Shown: positions 26,105 to 34,104 of the stretch, piece after piece
How the letters are laid out: the number at the start of each line of letters is the position of its first letter
How positions within the stretch are numbered: the first letter of the stretch is position 1
Made by a program: the position numbers and the translations under genes
Notes under the pieces: model-generated
The model's database searches: none
What the model saw: only the letters and a program-made list of their open reading frames with translations
Told to the model about the DNA's origin: nothing
Origin: Ferroacidibacillus organovorans
GTDB lineage: Bacteria; Bacillota; Bacilli; Alicyclobacillales; SLC66
Direction of reading: 5' to 3'
Assembly (NCBI RefSeq): GCF_001642725.1
Contig: NZ_LSUQ01000029.1
Coordinates: 1 to 34,104, forward strand
Length of the DNA: 34,104 nucleotides

Positions 26105-27267
26105 CGCGGTACCCCTTTTTGACCTCGTTTCACGCTCAGTCCCTGCGCAAAGCGCAGAGGACGCAAAAACGAGAGATCGAGCAATTTCTCCGAACCGAGT
26201 TCGGTGACAGGTGATTTGAACGGCTTGCTGTTCACCTCAATGACATAAAGATGACCGTCAGGCGCAATTCCAAAATCAAGACCGAGTTCACCGATCAACG
26301 TGTGACTCTCTTCTTCGATACAATCACAGACCTCCATCGTAAGCGTCTTGATCGTCTCGCGAAGTGACTGAGCGTTTTGAATCAGCCCGCTGCGCTCCAG
26401 ATCGCCAATGCGAAGCGCCTCACCGCCCGTGGTTAGATTGGAGACAAACTCACCGCTGGCGGCTTTTCGGGCGTATTGCTTTGTGATGCACCATATGCCT
26501 AAGCGATTTTTTTGTGCAACGACACGCAAGTCGACAGGACACCCATTAACCTGAATAAGCGTCAGACCCTGTTGGAGGATGTGGGGACGCAAAAAACGTT
26601 TTTGATAACGCGCAAACAGCTCCTCTGCGCTTTTAAACGTTTCTTCACGCAGCGCCCCTGAGCGCTCTCGCAACTGTGCGAGGCAGTCGCGATCTTTTTG
26701 AATCACCCGCAAAATTCCGATGCCAAGGCTTCCAGCCGTCGGTTTGATAAATGTGACTGGGTGTCTCATCAAAAAAGAATGCAATTGATCTGCGTCACGG
26801 AGTGGATACGTCTCTGGTAGAAAGGAAAGGAGTGCGGTACGCTTTTTTAACCATTGATCGACATCCCACTTGTCGAAATAACCGTTGTTAAACAGTTTGG
26901 CATTCTTTTGCAGATACGCGCGCAGCGGTCGAAAAGAACGCAATTGCTCGTATCTCCGGGACAAGATCTGATCGTAAATGACCAGAGGAATCGGCATTTC
27001 GCGCTGAATGACCTGGGACGTCTCGATCCCGCGCAACACATACCCCTGCAGCACATGGCGTTTTATATCGACATCCGCCGGGTCAAAGATGCACACCGCG
27101 ATGTCATGCTTTCTCCCAAGCTCAAGATATTTCATGAGGGCGAGGCCCTGTCTCCCAGCAAACTGGCCATCGACAAGTCGCACGTGCGTCATGACGCCGA
27201 CCGTGCTTCCCTTGTTGTCTGCACCTGTCAGAAATGGTTTTCGCACGCGCCTTGATGGACTCGCCAC
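26101..27267 (-). CDS. YheC/YheD-family ATP-grasp protein
   Basis: FNNGYFDKW, LPET, FIKPTAGSLGIGI, DLRVVAQKN, VSNLTTGG, ELGLDFG, IEVNSKP. Confidence 0.92.
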   Translation of the reverse strand: MASPSRRVRKPFLTGADNKGSTVGVMTHVRLVDGQFAGRQGLALMKYLELGRKHDIAVCIFDPADVDIKRHVLQGYVLRGIETSQVIQREMPIPLVIYDQILSRRYEQLRSFRPLRAYLQKNAKLFNNGYFDKWDVDQWLKKRTALLSFLPETYPLRDADQLHSFLMRHPVTFIKPTAGSLGIGILRVIQKDRDCLAQLRERSGALREETFKSAEELFARYQKRFLRPHILQQGLTLIQVNGCPVDLRVVAQKNRLGIWCITKQYARKAASGEFVSNLTTGGEALRIGDLERSGLIQNAQSLRETIKTLTMEVCDCIEEESHTLIGELGLDFGIAPDGHLYVIEVNSKPFKSPVTELGSEKLLDLSFLRPLRFAQGLSVKRGQKGVPR

Positions 27268-27282
27268 ACGCCATTCTCCTCG

Positions 27283-28542
27283 TCATGATTTGATCGTTTC
27301 ATACCCTGTAATGCAAAGCGCATGCTCTAGGATTCGCGTGATGGAGTGCATGCGCAACCGCGGATCGACATTTCTGAGCATCCTCCGACCGGGGCATGGA
27401 TTGATTTCAAGGATATAGATGCGAAGATTCTGATCAAACGCGAAATCGATTCCCACTTCTCCCAACTCGCCATGCTGGCGCTGGAGCATTTCAAACAGAT
27501 CACACGCGAGAGATTCTGCACGTCGAAATTCTGCAGGCATTGCGCTCGCCTGCGACGCAGTGAGACGCGGCAGGAGGTCCTGCGCAGAAACCGCCTCACC
27601 GCCTGTGTGAAGATTGGTCGTGATCGATTGCGGGGAACCGACGCGCGCGATAAGCGCCGTCGCGACGGGTCGACCGTTTACCGCCTGCACGAGGCAGCGA
27701 AAATCAAGCGGTCGCTTATCCATGGTGTGAAGAAGCGGGATGGTCTCCTGCACGATGACACGTTCACCCACACGAAAAAAAGAAGCGTACCAAAGTGCGA
27801 GCTCAGGTAGAGAAATCTTGCTCGCAGGCGCGCCATCGCGTAGGAATTCATGGCCGCCGCGCGTACGGCGCAGGCGCGCGATACCGATGCCTTGGGTGCC
27901 ACGCGCTGGTTTCACGTAGCAGTCGTCAAATGCATCCACACACGCGATGAGCGTCTCTTCATTGTGAGCAATCTTGGTCTGTGGCACGTGTGAAGAAAAA
28001 GGAGCGCGCGTCAATACGCGTTGATGCATAACACCCTTCTCACTCATGGAGCGCGGCAGCGTGATTTGCGGCATCTCCGAGAAGACTGTTTCATCCTCGA
28101 TCAACTTCGCCTGCAGTGCGCGTGGGCGACTGGTCAATCTGCGCCACACGATGTCCGGATAAGGACACGTTTCTTCGCGCCACACACCTTCGCGAAAACG
28201 GTACCCCGAGACGACATGAACACCCGCCCGGACAGCCCCAGGCGTTATCACAAAGATGTCCATGCCTAGGCGCGCGCCAAGCCGACTGACATCTTGAAAC
28301 AGTGTCTGCTGTTGGCCAAAGCGTCGCCCCTTTGCTTTTGAGAGAGCATAAATCGCAAACGCAGGACCGAGTCGAATGGCCTGATTGCCCGTTGTCATAA
28401 AACGCATCGCGTGAGGCGGCAGGTGAAGCGCGCGGCGAATGTTTGTGTGCAAAAGAATTCTCGTCTTACGTCTGCTGCCAAAAAGATTTACCCGCTCGCA
28501 AAGTGCACCATACGCAGCATTCACCATGTGCGACTGCGTCAT
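27283..28542 (-). CDS. YheC/YheD-family ATP-grasp protein (long form)
   Basis: IRLGP, YVKPARGTQGIGI, DFRCLVQ, ITTNLHTGG, EVGIDF, LEINPCPG; ATG at 28542 with AGAGGGGG SD. Confidence 0.9.
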   Translation of the reverse strand: MTQSHMVNAAYGALCERVNLFGSRRKTRILLHTNIRRALHLPPHAMRFMTTGNQAIRLGPAFAIYALSKAKGRRFGQQQTLFQDVSRLGARLGMDIFVITPGAVRAGVHVVSGYRFREGVWREETCPYPDIVWRRLTSRPRALQAKLIEDETVFSEMPQITLPRSMSEKGVMHQRVLTRAPFSSHVPQTKIAHNEETLIACVDAFDDCYVKPARGTQGIGIARLRRTRGGHEFLRDGAPASKISLPELALWYASFFRVGERVIVQETIPLLHTMDKRPLDFRCLVQAVNGRPVATALIARVGSPQSITTNLHTGGEAVSAQDLLPRLTASQASAMPAEFRRAESLACDLFEMLQRQHGELGEVGIDFAFDQNLRIYILEINPCPGRRMLRNVDPRLRMHSITRILEHALCITGYETIKS

Positions 28543-28579
28543 GACGTCGCCCCCTCTTGTGCAATGCGCGAATCTAGAG

Positions 28580-28600
28580 AAAAAAGGGCGCATCGCGCCC
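28580..28600 (-). terminator. Intrinsic terminator after cotE
   Basis: GGGCGC-GAT-GCGCCC followed by T6. Confidence 0.7.
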
Positions 28601-28620
28601 CCGCACTACATGAAGTTCTA

Positions 28621-29139
28621 TTACAGGCTTGACTCTTCAAGCGAGCTGCTCTCAATGTCAAAGCTGTCTTTTTTATGGGAGGGGGTCATCGTCAATACCC
28701 ACACCTTCGTCGGCCCGATCACTTCGACAAGCCATTCCGTTTCGACGCGAACCAAGATCTCGGAGTGGTCATCTACAATCGTCGCGTCGACACAATTGGG
28801 TTGCTGCTTGACTTTGACGTGCACAGACAAATCGTCTCGTGCGCAATTTGGGTCAAGCCCTTGCAAGCTGATTTGCTCAACGTAGGAAACCGTATCTTTT
28901 GCAACCGCGGTTTCACTGTTGTCGTTATACGAATACCAAACGTTCGTATCAAAACGCCCGCGAACCTCGACCGTCTCGTCGATCAGAATCCCTTCGCACG
29001 AGTGATTCATCACCCAGCAACCGCCGATGGTGGTAGGACGATTCGCCGTGTGGATGGTATAGGTATGCTGACTGTACTTACTACCGCGACCACAAACCGC
29101 ATCTGTAATGATTTCGCGGTATTCATCTCGTGAGTGCAC
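28621..29139 (-). CDS. cotE: Outer spore coat morphogenetic protein CotE
   Basis: EYREIITDAVCGRG, GCWVMNH, NVWYSYNDNSETAV, QQPNC, VEVIGPTKV; AAGGAGG SD. Confidence 0.95.
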   Translation of the reverse strand: MHSRDEYREIITDAVCGRGSKYSQHTYTIHTANRPTTIGGCWVMNHSCEGILIDETVEVRGRFDTNVWYSYNDNSETAVAKDTVSYVEQISLQGLDPNCARDDLSVHVKVKQQPNCVDATIVDDHSEILVRVETEWLVEVIGPTKVWVLTMTPSHKKDSFDIESSSLEESSL

Positions 29140-29215
29140 GCCCGCGACCTCCTTCAGCCATGTTGACAGTGCATCGTCTGCTCCTCTGTTAATGGATCGA
29201 TCGATCTGTCAGCAC

Positions 29216-29243
29216 ATCCTATGAATCGGTCTAGGCCAGTGAC
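29216..29243 (-). promoter_or_regulatory. Putative sigma-E/sigma-K mother-cell promoter of cotE
   Basis: GTCAC...CATAGGAT matches the CATAnnnT -10 of mother-cell sigma factors. Confidence 0.5.
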
Positions 29244-29282
29244 ACGGATTTGCGCGCCCAAATCACAGGCGTATGAGAGGAA

Positions 29283-30107
29283 CTAGGTGCGGAGTTTTGC
29301 GGGGAGGTCTTCATATTCCATGATTTGACTTCCGAGATCGCCGCGGTGACCACTCGTTAACCCGTGGAAATCAGAGCCAGCCGTCGTAAACAGGTTCATC
29401 CGCATTGCAATCGCGCGGTACGTCGCGCGCTTTGCAGCGTCGTTGTCTGGATGATCCACTTCAATCCCGTCCATGCCAAGGTGTAGATACGATTCGACAT
29501 ACGCGTCATCCCCAATCAATGCCGGATGCGCCAAGACGGCCACACCTCCCGCATCGTGAATCCATTGTACGGCGTTCTTTACTGCGAGTTGCGGGCGATC
29601 GACAAAACAGGTTCCACCGCGCCGCAGGTGAAGCGCAAACGCTTCTTGAACAGACGATACGAGTTGCCGTTTGACCATGGCGCGCGCAAGATGCGGACGT
29701 CCGACCGTCCCTCCTGACGATTCACGCAAGACATCATCCATCCCGATGGTCATCCCGCAAGCCTGGGCGCGTTCGACCATTTTTTTGATGCGTTCGTCAC
29801 GCTCACTGCGAAGTGCAGAAAGTTTTTCCCGAAACAAAGCATCGAGAAGATCGATCCCGTAACCGAGCAGATGGACATCTCTGCTCTCATCGGTCGCACT
29901 CAGTTCCACCCCTGCGATCACACGCACGGAAAATTCTACGCCAGCGCGCTGCGCCTCGACGACGCCGTCTACCGTGTCGTGATCGGTAATTGCTACGCCA
30001 TAAAGCTTTCGCTCTCGAGCGAGTTTCACGACCGCGCGGGGAGAAAGCGTACCGTCGGACGCTGTGGTGTGAACATGAAGATCCACTGCATGCGCGGTTT
30101 TTACCAT
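29283..30107 (-). CDS. PHP-domain phosphoesterase (TrpH/YciV family)
   Basis: DLHVHTTASDG, AITDHDT, GVELS, HLLGY, GRPHLA, LAHP, GSDFHG; GGAGGG SD. Confidence 0.9.
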   Translation of the reverse strand: MVKTAHAVDLHVHTTASDGTLSPRAVVKLARERKLYGVAITDHDTVDGVVEAQRAGVEFSVRVIAGVELSATDESRDVHLLGYGIDLLDALFREKLSALRSERDERIKKMVERAQACGMTIGMDDVLRESSGGTVGRPHLARAMVKRQLVSSVQEAFALHLRRGGTCFVDRPQLAVKNAVQWIHDAGGVAVLAHPALIGDDAYVESYLHLGMDGIEVDHPDNDAAKRATYRAIAMRMNLFTTAGSDFHGLTSGHRGDLGSQIMEYEDLPAKLRT

Positions 30108-30182
30108 CTCCATTCGCCCTCCATCTGTGTTAACCCTCACTCTCGCAGTCACACCCTCGCGAAATGATCGCCTCTCACCATC

Positions 30183-31130
30183 TTAGCGGAGCACCGTTTC
30201 TAGAACGCGAAGCCAGGATTCACCCGCGATCTTTTTCGCGACTGGATCCCCATACGTTCGATACAGTCGCTCTAAAAGAACAGGATAGGATCGTCCGTCG
30301 CGCAATCCCACAGGTCCCTCATCTATGCCATCGAAATCAGAACCGAGACCCACCGCATCTTCGCCTGCGATCGTCAAGAGATGATCGATGTGACGCATCA
30401 CATCATCGATCGATGCGTCTTTCTCTGCGAGAAAGGGCGGAACAAACGTAGCACCAATCAATCCGCCTGAGCGCGCGATGGCCCGGATTTGGTCGTCCGT
30501 AAGATTTCTGCGATGCGCGTGAACGCGCATCGCATTGCTGTGTGACGCAATGACCGGCGCGCTCGATGTCTCGAGGACATCCCAAACGCCCTGAACACTC
30601 AGATGGGAGACATCGATGACCATGCCGAGTTGGTTCATTCGCTGTACCACTTCGAATCCAAACTGCGTAAGTCCGCCGCCACGCGATTCACCAACGCCGT
30701 CCGCGAGACAGTTCTGACCATTCCACGTGAGTCCAACGAGGCGAACCCCCATGCGATACAGTCCGTCTAGAACACTGATTCGACGGTCGAGGCACTCTGC
30801 GCCTTCAACGCTCAAGAGACCAAAGATTGGGTTTGAATCAGATTCGCGCAAACGCGCGATATCGGCAGCGGACAAAACTGGTGAAATGCCTTTCGGAACA
30901 ACTTCATCATAAAAACGTTTGAGCGACGCAAACACTTCGTACAATTGTTCGCCACTTGAGAGCGCAGGTTCCACGAACGTAACGAATACTTGCAAGTCAA
31001 CGCCGCTCGCCTTTAATTTCTCATAAGATTGATGAAGACCCGAGTCAGGATCGCCAAATGACAAATGATCATGACCCATGCGATATAAAATATCTGCGTG
31101 TCCGTCGACAACTCGATTCCCCTGAAACAT
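30183..31130 (-). CDS. Membrane dipeptidase (peptidase M19)
   Basis: DGHAD, SVEG, LTWN, IDVSHLS, ASHSN, RNLTD, GLGSDFDG. Confidence 0.93.
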   Translation of the reverse strand: MFQGNRVVDGHADILYRMGHDHLSFGDPDSGLHQSYEKLKASGVDLQVFVTFVEPALSSGEQLYEVFASLKRFYDEVVPKGISPVLSAADIARLRESDSNPIFGLLSVEGAECLDRRISVLDGLYRMGVRLVGLTWNGQNCLADGVGESRGGGLTQFGFEVVQRMNQLGMVIDVSHLSVQGVWDVLETSSAPVIASHSNAMRVHAHRRNLTDDQIRAIARSGGLIGATFVPPFLAEKDASIDDVMRHIDHLLTIAGEDAVGLGSDFDGIDEGPVGLRDGRSYPVLLERLYRTYGDPVAKKIAGESWLRVLETVLR

Positions 31131-31167
31131 GGCTCAGCCTCCTCTGAATGGAGTAACGCAGTATCTG

Positions 31168-31947
31168 CTACTGTTCAAGCTGTTGAATGCGTTCAATCTT
31201 CGTGACTCGGCCACTCTCTGAAACGTCAATAAGCACACCCGACAATTGGAGAAATCCGTCTGCAACATCAAATTTTGCGGGCAACTGATCAATGAATTTG
31301 CGAATCACCGTTTCTTTGCGCACGCCGAGCACTCCGTCACGCGGGCCCGTCATGCCGACATCCGTCAAATAGCCGGTTCCCCCCGGCAAGATGCGTTCAT
31401 CTGCCGTCTGAACATGAGTGTGCGTGCCAATCACCGCCGTAGCTCGCCCATCCGCATGCCAGCCCATCGCTAATTTTTCTGATGTGAACTCTGCGTGAAA
31501 ATCGACAAAGAGAAAATCGCAAGATGCGGAAATGTCTTTATAAAATTGATCAAAAAAGAGAAAAGGATTGCTTCCAAGCGGAATTCCTGCAGGTCCAATG
31601 AGATTTAATACGGCTACAACTTTCCCTTTTACCTTAACGGTTGTGTATCCCTGACCAGGCACCGACGTGTGTAGATTCGCGGGGCGAACGATACGCGGGT
31701 CATCGCCAAGCCACGAAGCGGTATCCTTTTGATCAAAGGCGTGATTGCCAAGTGTCAATATTTCTACACCCGCGTCATAGAGTCGCTCCGCCGCCTGCCG
31801 CGTAATTCCGCGACCATTTTGCGCTGAGTTCTCTGCGTTTGCAAGCACGAGATCCGGGCGGTGTTTTGTAATGAGACCAGGTAAATAGCGGGCGACTGCC
31901 GCCACTCCAGGATGGCCTGTGATATCGCCAAGCATCAACCATCTCAT
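31168..31947 (-). CDS. ymdB: YmdB-family metallophosphoesterase
   Basis: GDITG, NAEN, TLGNH, VDFHAE.TSEK, GTHTHVQTAD, TDVGMTGP; downstream of rny. Confidence 0.94.
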   Translation of the reverse strand: MRWLMLGDITGHPGVAAVARYLPGLITKHRPDLVLANAENSAQNGRGITRQAAERLYDAGVEILTLGNHAFDQKDTASWLGDDPRIVRPANLHTSVPGQGYTTVKVKGKVVAVLNLIGPAGIPLGSNPFLFFDQFYKDISASCDFLFVDFHAEFTSEKLAMGWHADGRATAVIGTHTHVQTADERILPGGTGYLTDVGMTGPRDGVLGVRKETVIRKFIDQLPAKFDVADGFLQLSGVLIDVSESGRVTKIERIQQLEQ

Positions 31948-31985
31948 CCTGAGCGCCCCTTTCCAAATCAATTTTCAATCCGACG

Positions 31986-32016
31986 AAATAAAAATAAGGG
32001 CAGCCAAAGGGCCGCC
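31986..32016 (-). terminator. Stem-loop / leaky terminator between rny and ymdB
   Basis: GGCGGCC-CTTT-GGCTGCC followed by CTTATTTTTATTT. Confidence 0.6.
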
Positions 32017-32017
32017 T

Positions 32018-33568
32018 CTATTTTGCGTATTCTACTGCTCTGGTCTCGCGAATTACCGTGACTTTAATCTGGCCAGGGTAATCCAGTTCACTCTCAATTC
32101 GCTTTGAAATCTCTCGCGCTACGCGAATGGACTCTGCATCATCCACTTGCTCAGGTTTTACAATAATTCGGATCTCACGCCCCGCTTGAATCGCGTATGA
32201 CTTGTCCACGCCTTCAAACGAGCATGCAATCTCTTCAAGACGCTCTAATCGCTTAAGGTACACGTCAAGCGACTCGCGACGGGCGCCTGGTCGCGCTGCG
32301 GACAACGCGTCTGCTGCGCCTACGAGCACCGACACGGGTGACGTATACTCAATATCCCCGTGATGCGCGCCGATTGCATTGATGACAATCGGGTGCTCAC
32401 GGTATTTTCTCGCAAGGTCTACGCCAATTTCTACGTGTGACCCCTCCACCTCATGCGTAACCGCTTTTCCTACATCGTGAAGAAGTCCTGCACGTTTTGC
32501 CAACGCCACGTCTAAACCGAGTTCTGCCGCCATAAGTCCAGCCAAATGGGCCACCTCGATAGAGTGCTTAAGCACATTTTGACCGTAGCTCGTGCGAAAT
32601 TTCAAACGTCCCAAAACCTTAACCAAATCGGGGTGTATGCCGTGAATCCCCGCTTCAAACGTCGCCTGTTCACCTTCTTCGCGAACGCGGTCTTCCACGT
32701 CCCTGCGCGCTTTTTCCACCATCTCTTCAATGCGTGCAGGGTGGATGCGACCGTCCGCAACCAACCGCTCAAGGGCAATCCGCGCCACCTCGCGGCGAAT
32801 CGGGTCAAAGCCGGACAAAATGACAGCCTCCGGTGTGTCGTCAATGATCAAGTCGACACCTGTCAGTGTTTCAAGGGTGCGTATGTTGCGGCCTTCACGA
32901 CCGATAATGCGCCCTTTCATTTCGTCGCTCGGCAGTGTCACCACAGACACTGTCGTTTCTGCAACATGGTCTGCCGCGCAACGTTGAATCGCTGTTGCAA
33001 TAATTTCTTTCGCTTTCCGTTCCGCATCGTCACGCGCCTGCGTCTCAATCTCTTTCATTAAGACAGCAGCATCGTGTTTACACTCTGAACGTACTTGTTC
33101 CAAAATCATCGCTTTTGCCTCATCGCGCGTCAAAACGGCAATCCGTTCCATTTCCTGGGTGCGCTCGACAACGAGCGCTTCCGCATCCTCACGCAGTTTA
33201 TCGAGGTTTCGCTCCTGCATTGCAAGGGATTCTTCGCGTCGATCCAAGGCTTCATTCCTGCGATCAAGCGCCTCTTCTTTTTGCAAAAGACGGCGCTCCA
33301 AACGCTGAACTTCAAACCGTCTCTCGCGAATATCGCGCTCCGCATCACTGCGAATTCGGTGCGCCTCTTCTTTTGCCTCAAGGGTTGATTCTTTTAGCTT
33401 ACCTTCTGCTTCCCGTTTCGCCGCTTCAATCAATTGTTCCGCCTGTGCCTGAGCCGCAGACAACGAGGTCTGAATCGATTTGTTTCTCATTAAAATCATG
33501 AGAATGCTGAATGCTACCACAAGGATGAGCAGAAAAACAACGATTAAAACAATTCCTTCACCAATCAT
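32018..33568 (-). CDS. rny: Ribonuclease Y
   Basis: N-terminal TM, coiled coil, KH domain [15 protein letters not shown] domain [20 protein letters not shown]-terminal ETRAVEYAK. Confidence 0.97.
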   Translation of the reverse strand: MIGEGIVLIVVFLLILVVAFSILMILMRNKSIQTSLSAAQAQAEQLIEAAKREAEGKLKESTLEAKEEAHRIRSDAERDIRERRFEVQRLERRLLQKEEALDRRNEALDRREESLAMQERNLDKLREDAEALVVERTQEMERIAVLTRDEAKAMILEQVRSECKHDAAVLMKEIETQARDDAERKAKEIIATAIQRCAADHVAETTVSVVTLPSDEMKGRIIGREGRNIRTLETLTGVDLIIDDTPEAVILSGFDPIRREVARIALERLVADGRIHPARIEEMVEKARRDVEDRVREEGEQATFEAGIHGIHPDLVKVLGRLKFRTSYGQNVLKHSIEVAHLAGLMAAELGLDVALAKRAGLLHDVGKAVTHEVEGSHVEIGVDLARKYREHPIVINAIGAHHGDIEYTSPVSVLVGAADALSAARPGARRESLDVYLKRLERLEEIACSFEGVDKSYAIQAGREIRIIVKPEQVDDAESIRVAREISKRIESELDYPGQIKVTVIRETRAVEYAK

Positions 33569-33709
33569 GGGCAATTTGCCCTCCCTGCTCACCATACTTC
33601 GAGCGCGGGACGTCGCATGAATTCACTAACGCTTTCAAGAACGCTTCAAAGACCAGAACTGTGTCGTAAACGTTTCGAGAAAAAATCAACAGCAGGTATA
33701 CGCTTTACC

Positions 33710-33739
33710 AGTATAAATCAGCCCATTCACCGCTGTCAA
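33710..33739 (-). promoter_or_regulatory. Sigma-A promoter of rny
   Basis: TTGACA-N18-TATACT. Confidence 0.75.
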
Positions 33740-33809
33740 AGCAAAATCTCGTCCTCCACAGCATCCTATCCGCTGTCGCAGACTCATTTGCCGTCGACAG
33801 TCGGACGTC

Positions 33810-34104
33810 TCACTCGAATTCCGCATCGTCGCTACGCCAAGCGCCTTCATTTTCCTCACCTTGTGAAGATCCGATCTGTTCGACAACGTGCGAAACGGTA
33901 CTGTGCTTAAAACCGCGTCGAGCAAGATACTGTCCTAGTAGCAGCAAACCGTGCCGCAGAACTTCACCATTCCGTTCCACGCGCTCGACCGCTCCCTTAT
34001 GTTTCATTCGCTCTACCCTTTTTTCAGCGCGTCGCAACAGTTCAGGAAACTTCTTAAGGGCAAGCCGTACCGCCGCCTGTTCCTCATCGCGCTCTGCACC
34101 ACGC
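33810..34104 (-). CDS. recX: Regulatory protein RecX, C-terminal part (open to window edge)
   Basis: Frame open from the edge: EEQAAVRLALKK...YLARRGF; recA-recX-rny synteny. Confidence 0.75.
   Translation of the reverse strand, partial: RGAERDEEQAAVRLALKKFPELLRRAEKRVERMKHKGAVERVERNGEVLRHGLLLLGQYLARRGFKHSTVSHVVEQIGSSQGEENEGAWRSDDAEFE

Noticed and set aside
33879..33885. Perfect Spo0A box (TGTCGAA, minus strand)
   Set aside because: A single 7-mer inside recX coding sequence, ~140 bp from the rny promoter, is expected by chance.

Overview
Chromosomal window from an endospore-forming Bacillota; gene content and order suggest an Alicyclobacillaceae-like acidophile (inference). The right two-thirds, all on the minus strand, is a core backbone: recX (partial), rny, ymdB, M19 dipeptidase, PHP phosphoesterase, cotE, four YheC/YheD ATP-grasp genes around a COOH-NH2 amidoligase, 6S RNA, miaB, mutS, mutL, SAM methyltransferase, miaA, hfq, tRNA-Thr. 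Between tRNA-Thr and tRNA-Tyr/tRNA-Gln lies a ~13.7 kb accessory block. It holds a c-di-AMP riboswitch-controlled OpuC-type transporter whose ATPase has no CBS domains, a soluble GAF-GAF-PAS histidine kinase divergent from a ThDP enzyme, and modB followed by a single-chain ModC-TM-ModA fusion. It also holds an unannotated remnant of a DMSO-reductase-family molybdoenzyme, an iolA/mmsA gene, a methyltransferase and a ~12-TM membrane protein. The strongest candidates for undescribed systems are the membrane-spanning ATPase/binding-protein fusion, the cotE-linked five-ligase cluster and the ThDP enzyme/kinase pair. All calls come from motif recognition by eye; no database searches were run.
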